Positions 61,041 to 64,000 of a stretch of DNA of 64,000 bases are shown here, piece by piece. The stretch is from positions 32,001 through 96,000 of the forward strand of contig CM000436.1 in assembly GCA_000165345.1 (NCBI GenBank), given 5' to 3'. The stretch's first letter is position 1. Each line of letters opens with the position of its first letter. The translations under genes were made by a program, and so were the position numbers. Under the pieces are notes generated by a model. The model saw nothing but the letters and a program-made list of their open reading frames with translations. It ran no database searches and was not told where the DNA came from.

Positions 61041-62621
61041 ATGTTAAATTTACAGAGAATAATGGGTAGAACCTGTCTAAGGTCATCAATAATTAATAAA
61101 AAAGTAATATCTATGAGTAATTCTTATCTATCGAGGGGGTTAGAAAGGAGAAATATCAACATAACAAAAATAAAATATAAGAAAGATTTACACCCAATAG
61201 TTGAAGAAGAAGGAGTAAGAAAGAATGCAGTAGATGTATTAGTAATTGGAGGCGGAGTAATGGGTTCTGCTTTAGTTTATTTATTATCAAAGCATACTAA
61301 TATTAAAAATATTGCTTTATTATCAGAGAATAAGGAAGCTGAGAATAATTTAATATATCATTTAAATGGTACAATAAATTCTGGTGAGACTGATTCAAGT
61401 ATGGATTTACAGCATTCATTAAAATTATTAAAGTATTCAAATATGCTAAGAAAAGTAGTACAAGGATTACCAGGAGGGGTAGGTAAAGAATGCATTGAAA
61501 AAAGGACCAAAATATTATTAGGATTAGGTGAGGAGGAGAATAATAGAATTGAGGCAAGATTTGATGAATTTAGGCATTTTTTCCCCAAGATAAGTTTAAT
61601 TGATGGTAAGGATATAAGTAAATTGGAGCCAAAAGTTGCTTATTTGGATGATTGCTCGAGTAAATTGAGAAAGGAAAAAATGAATGGAATATTATTAAAA
61701 GATGAGTATACAGTTGCTAGTTATGGTCTTTTATCAGCAATATTCAAAAAATTGGCAGATGATATATCTTTTTTTAAGAAATCAAAAATAGTAAACTATG
61801 TAAATTTGAACATTAGAAATATTAAAAGAATATCTTCTAATGGAGAGATTTATTATAAAATAGATTCTGGTGAAAAGAGTTTATATTCAAGATTTCTGGT
61901 AATAAATGATATTGGAAATACATTCGAATTAGTAAGAGAATTGGGATATTGCTCTGACTGGATAGTATTGAATATGCTTGGGAAATTCCAAACAACAATT
62001 AAAGAAGGATTAAAAGGGGTGGTAAGTAGCATGCAGAGTTTATCTTTGCCAGGGTCTACATCAGTTTATGGCTTTCCAGAAATTAATTCAAACCAAAGAA
62101 TTCATTTTTTGGTTTCTTCATATACTCTTCCAATAATATGGTTATTAAAATCCATGAATTTGAGTGATAGTATATCAATAAATGATGCTTCTCCCAATAA
62201 TTTTGACTTATTTAAGAGTATTAGAGAAAAATCATTAAGAAGCAAAATTGAAAAATTGGAGATAAAAATTCCAAAGTTGGTTAGTGAGCAAATTATACAA
62301 GGAAGTAGGAAAATTATTCCATCACTCAATTTGAGTCAACTAAAAGACAAACAACAAAATTTTGATATTTCTATCAATCAGTTATTAGATGTATCAGGAG
62401 AGAAGAATCAGGTAATACTGGATCGTTCAAAGATTCATACTGATGAGAATTTGATCTTAAATATTTCCCAGCCTAATAGTGGTACTACCTGTATAAAGAG
62501 TGCTACTGATGACATGATAACTATATGTAATAAGCTTGGGATTAACATTAATGAGAGATCCTTAAAAGCAGATATTCCTGAGTATGAAGTGCATGAGGGC
62601 AATTTTCAGGATGAAATGTAG
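61041..62621 (+). CDS. MQO: Malate:quinone oxidoreductase (FAD-dependent, MQO family) with N-terminal basic presequence
   Basis: The Rossmann FAD motif is VDVLVIGGGVMGSALVYLLS. Blocks parallel to bacterial MQO are RFLVINDIGNTFELVRELGY (vs [20 protein letters not shown]), KIIPSLNLSQL (vs KIIPSLSLEDL) and IHTDENLILNISQPNSGTTCIKSA (vs [24 protein letters not shown]). The N-terminal MLNLQRIMGRTCLRSSIINKK resembles an organelle targeting peptide. Confidence 0.7.
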   Translation: MLNLQRIMGRTCLRSSIINKKVISMSNSYLSRGLERRNINITKIKYKKDLHPIVEEEGVRKNAVDVLVIGGGVMGSALVYLLSKHTNIKNIALLSENKEAENNLIYHLNGTINSGETDSSMDLQHSLKLLKYSNMLRKVVQGLPGGVGKECIEKRTKILLGLGEEENNRIEARFDEFRHFFPKISLIDGKDISKLEPKVAYLDDCSSKLRKEKMNGILLKDEYTVASYGLLSAIFKKLADDISFFKKSKIVNYVNLNIRNIKRISSNGEIYYKIDSGEKSLYSRFLVINDIGNTFELVRELGYCSDWIVLNMLGKFQTTIKEGLKGVVSSMQSLSLPGSTSVYGFPEINSNQRIHFLVSSYTLPIIWLLKSMNLSDSISINDASPNNFDLFKSIREKSLRSKIEKLEIKIPKLVSEQIIQGSRKIIPSLNLSQLKDKQQNFDISINQLLDVSGEKNQVILDRSKIHTDENLILNISQPNSGTTCIKSATDDMITICNKLGININERSLKADIPEYEVHEGNFQDEM

Positions 62622-62666
62622 CAAATCAGAGTGATTTATTACCAAGTCTAGCTATGTTTTTTTTAC

Positions 62667-63227
62667 TCAGCTCTTTGGCTTATAATTAGAATATGGTTTA
62701 GAGCCAGAGTTAGAATCAGAATCAGAATCAGAATCAGAATCAGAATTTGAATTGGAATTTGAACCCGAACTAGAGCTTGAGTCAGAATCATTAGCTTTAG
62801 GGAGTTTAGATTTGGCAGTGATAAACTCTCTATAGTGCATTTTTCTTTTCTCTTTAAAAAGATCTTGCTTAGATTTATGAATTGGAGAAGATGTATTATT
62901 GTTAAAATTTGAAAATGAAAATTCATCTAAAGATTCATCAATTCGGTTGGAATGTTCAAATAATTTTGAAGAAAGTTCATTAAGATCTACAGAAAACTTC
63001 TGCCTAACTTTAGATTTCGTATTTGGTTCCTCGTAATCAGATGAACTTGAGCTACCATAATAATATGGGGTATCTGGTTCATTAATTTCCATTCTGGTAC
63101 CTCTCTCAGCATCATGCATGGCAATAGTTTCTTCGTCCCAAGTAATACATTTCGAGATTTTTACCTTATCTTCCTTCAAATGAATATTAAACTTCTCTTT
63201 TTCACTCATGGTTAATTTTCTTTTCAA
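62667..63227 (-). CDS. Protein phosphatase 1 inhibitor-2 (IPP-2 family) with C-terminal Ser/Asp repeat
   Basis: Three conserved motifs are present. KCITWDEETIAMHDAERG corresponds to KWDEMNI, MEINEPDTPYY to KIDEPSTPY, and KRKMHYREF to KRKLHYNEG. The C-terminal ...NSDSDSDSDSDSNSGS is encoded by a hexanucleotide repeat. Confidence 0.7.
   Translation of the reverse strand: MKRKLTMSEKEKFNIHLKEDKVKISKCITWDEETIAMHDAERGTRMEINEPDTPYYYGSSSSSDYEEPNTKSKVRQKFSVDLNELSSKLFEHSNRIDESLDEFSFSNFNNNTSSPIHKSKQDLFKEKRKMHYREFITAKSKLPKANDSDSSSSSGSNSNSNSDSDSDSDSDSNSGSKPYSNYKPKS
62712..62747. repeat. Coding hexanucleotide microsatellite (AGAATC)n, about 6 units, encoding the (DS)n tail of the IPP-2 gene
   Basis: The sequence is agaatcagaatcagaatcagaatcagaatcagaatt. 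It lies in frame within the 62667..63227(-) CDS. Confidence 0.8.
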
Positions 63228-63459
63228 AAATTTATTTAAATAATATATAAATCAAAGCAATTAAATTAAACATCCAAAGAAAGAATAATCTTGTATTGGT
63301 TCTAATAATAAAATACCAATAAAGTGGTTAAATTTCAGATCAATAGCTTTAAATGCTGAATTTTCTTGAACAAAATTCTTTCATGCATGTAATTGACTTT
63401 AATTTTTTATATTTATTCATCAGAAAATTATCAAGTCTTTTTTTTCGTATACCGGTGCA

Positions 63460-63472
63460 GAGTGGCGGGCTC
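63460..63472. promoter_or_regulatory. E2F-like box GAGTGGCGGGCTC about 235 bp upstream of the IPP-2 gene
   Basis: The sequence is read directly. Confidence 0.4.
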
Positions 63473-63854
63473 ATATTTAAAGATTTAAATTAATAAATTA
63501 ATGTCAATATTTCTAAAAGTAAATAAACTAAGAATTAAAATTTAATGTAAATTAAAATTCAATTATTTCATAAATCACAAATCATATCAAAGTTTGGAAT
63601 ATAATTATTGTTTTTGATCAATGTTATTATAAGCATACTAAATCTTATATATACTATAGTAAACAAATTCACAAATATGTATAAAGCAATTCAAATAAAA
63701 ATTTAACCTAAAAACTCAATTATTATTAATTACGGTTAAAGGAATAAAATTAACATTGGTGAGAAAATTAATTAAAAATTATAACAGCATGTATTTTGAT
63801 CACGAAAAAAATTTTTGCAGATATTTAATTTTATTATTTATTATTCGATACCTT

Positions 63855-63872
63855 TTGAAAGGCGGGAAACCT
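63855..63872. promoter_or_regulatory. E2F-like box TTTGAAAGGCGGGAAACC (target gene outside the window or shared)
   Basis: The sequence is read directly. Confidence 0.35.
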
Positions 63873-64000
63873 ATCACGTCTCATCATTGTCTATAAATGT
63901 CTAATATTGTCTCAAAAAAAAAATACAATATGTTATATATAAATTGAATAAACAAGGGCAAATAAAATTATAAATATATAATTGAATAATAATAATAATA

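Overview
This window is an AT-rich (about 30% GC), gene-dense, intron-poor eukaryotic chromosome segment. It is not prokaryotic: there are no operons, CRISPR arrays or mobile elements.

Several features point to a Cryptosporidium-like apicomplexan. Genes are compact single-exon units separated by 150-1200 bp AT-rich spacers. A signal-peptide protein with thrombospondin type 1 (TSP1) and Apple/PAN domains is present. E2F-like GGCGGGAA/TGGCGCCA boxes sit upstream of most genes, and a malate:quinone oxidoreductase gene is present.

I can support about 30 protein-coding genes, all named from motifs read directly in the translations. Transcription and RNA processing: RNA polymerase III RPC2, RPAC1, a divergent TBP-like factor, a DDX24/Mak5-like DEAD-box helicase, and two exosome subunits (CSL4-like and an RNase PH-like subunit). 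Neddylation: an ULA1/APPBP1-like E1 subunit and a Ubc12-like E2. Chromatin and repair: a MYST histone acetyltransferase, a VPS72/YL1-like protein and MSH6. Others: asparaginyl-tRNA synthetase, V-ATPase subunit E, malate:quinone oxidoreductase, a Shewanella-like phosphatase, a PP1 inhibitor-2, a SWIM zinc-finger protein and a TSP1/Apple adhesin. Several are large low-complexity lineage-specific proteins with no recognisable function.

There is also a canonical U1 snRNA gene, with the 5' ACUUACCUG, the U1A-loop AUUGCACUCC, the Sm site and a terminal hairpin.

I inferred GT-AG introns of 53-164 nt in five genes: the 4-exon exosome RNase PH-like gene, V-ATPase E with an ATG-only first exon, the TBP-like gene, a small KKXX membrane protein, and a candidate Q/P-rich gene.

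The most systematic non-coding signal is an E2F-like motif upstream of about 20 of about 25 genes. It occurs as TTTGGCGGGAAA-like boxes or palindromic TTGGCGCCAA boxes, including a perfect 16-bp palindrome between RPC2 and the E1-like gene. GCATGCA (ApiAP2-like) boxes also occur.

I found no evidence of a novel multi-gene system. The novelty candidates are the uncharacterised large proteins, the divergent TBP-like factor, a GC-rich block next to U1 and the candidate spliced small genes.
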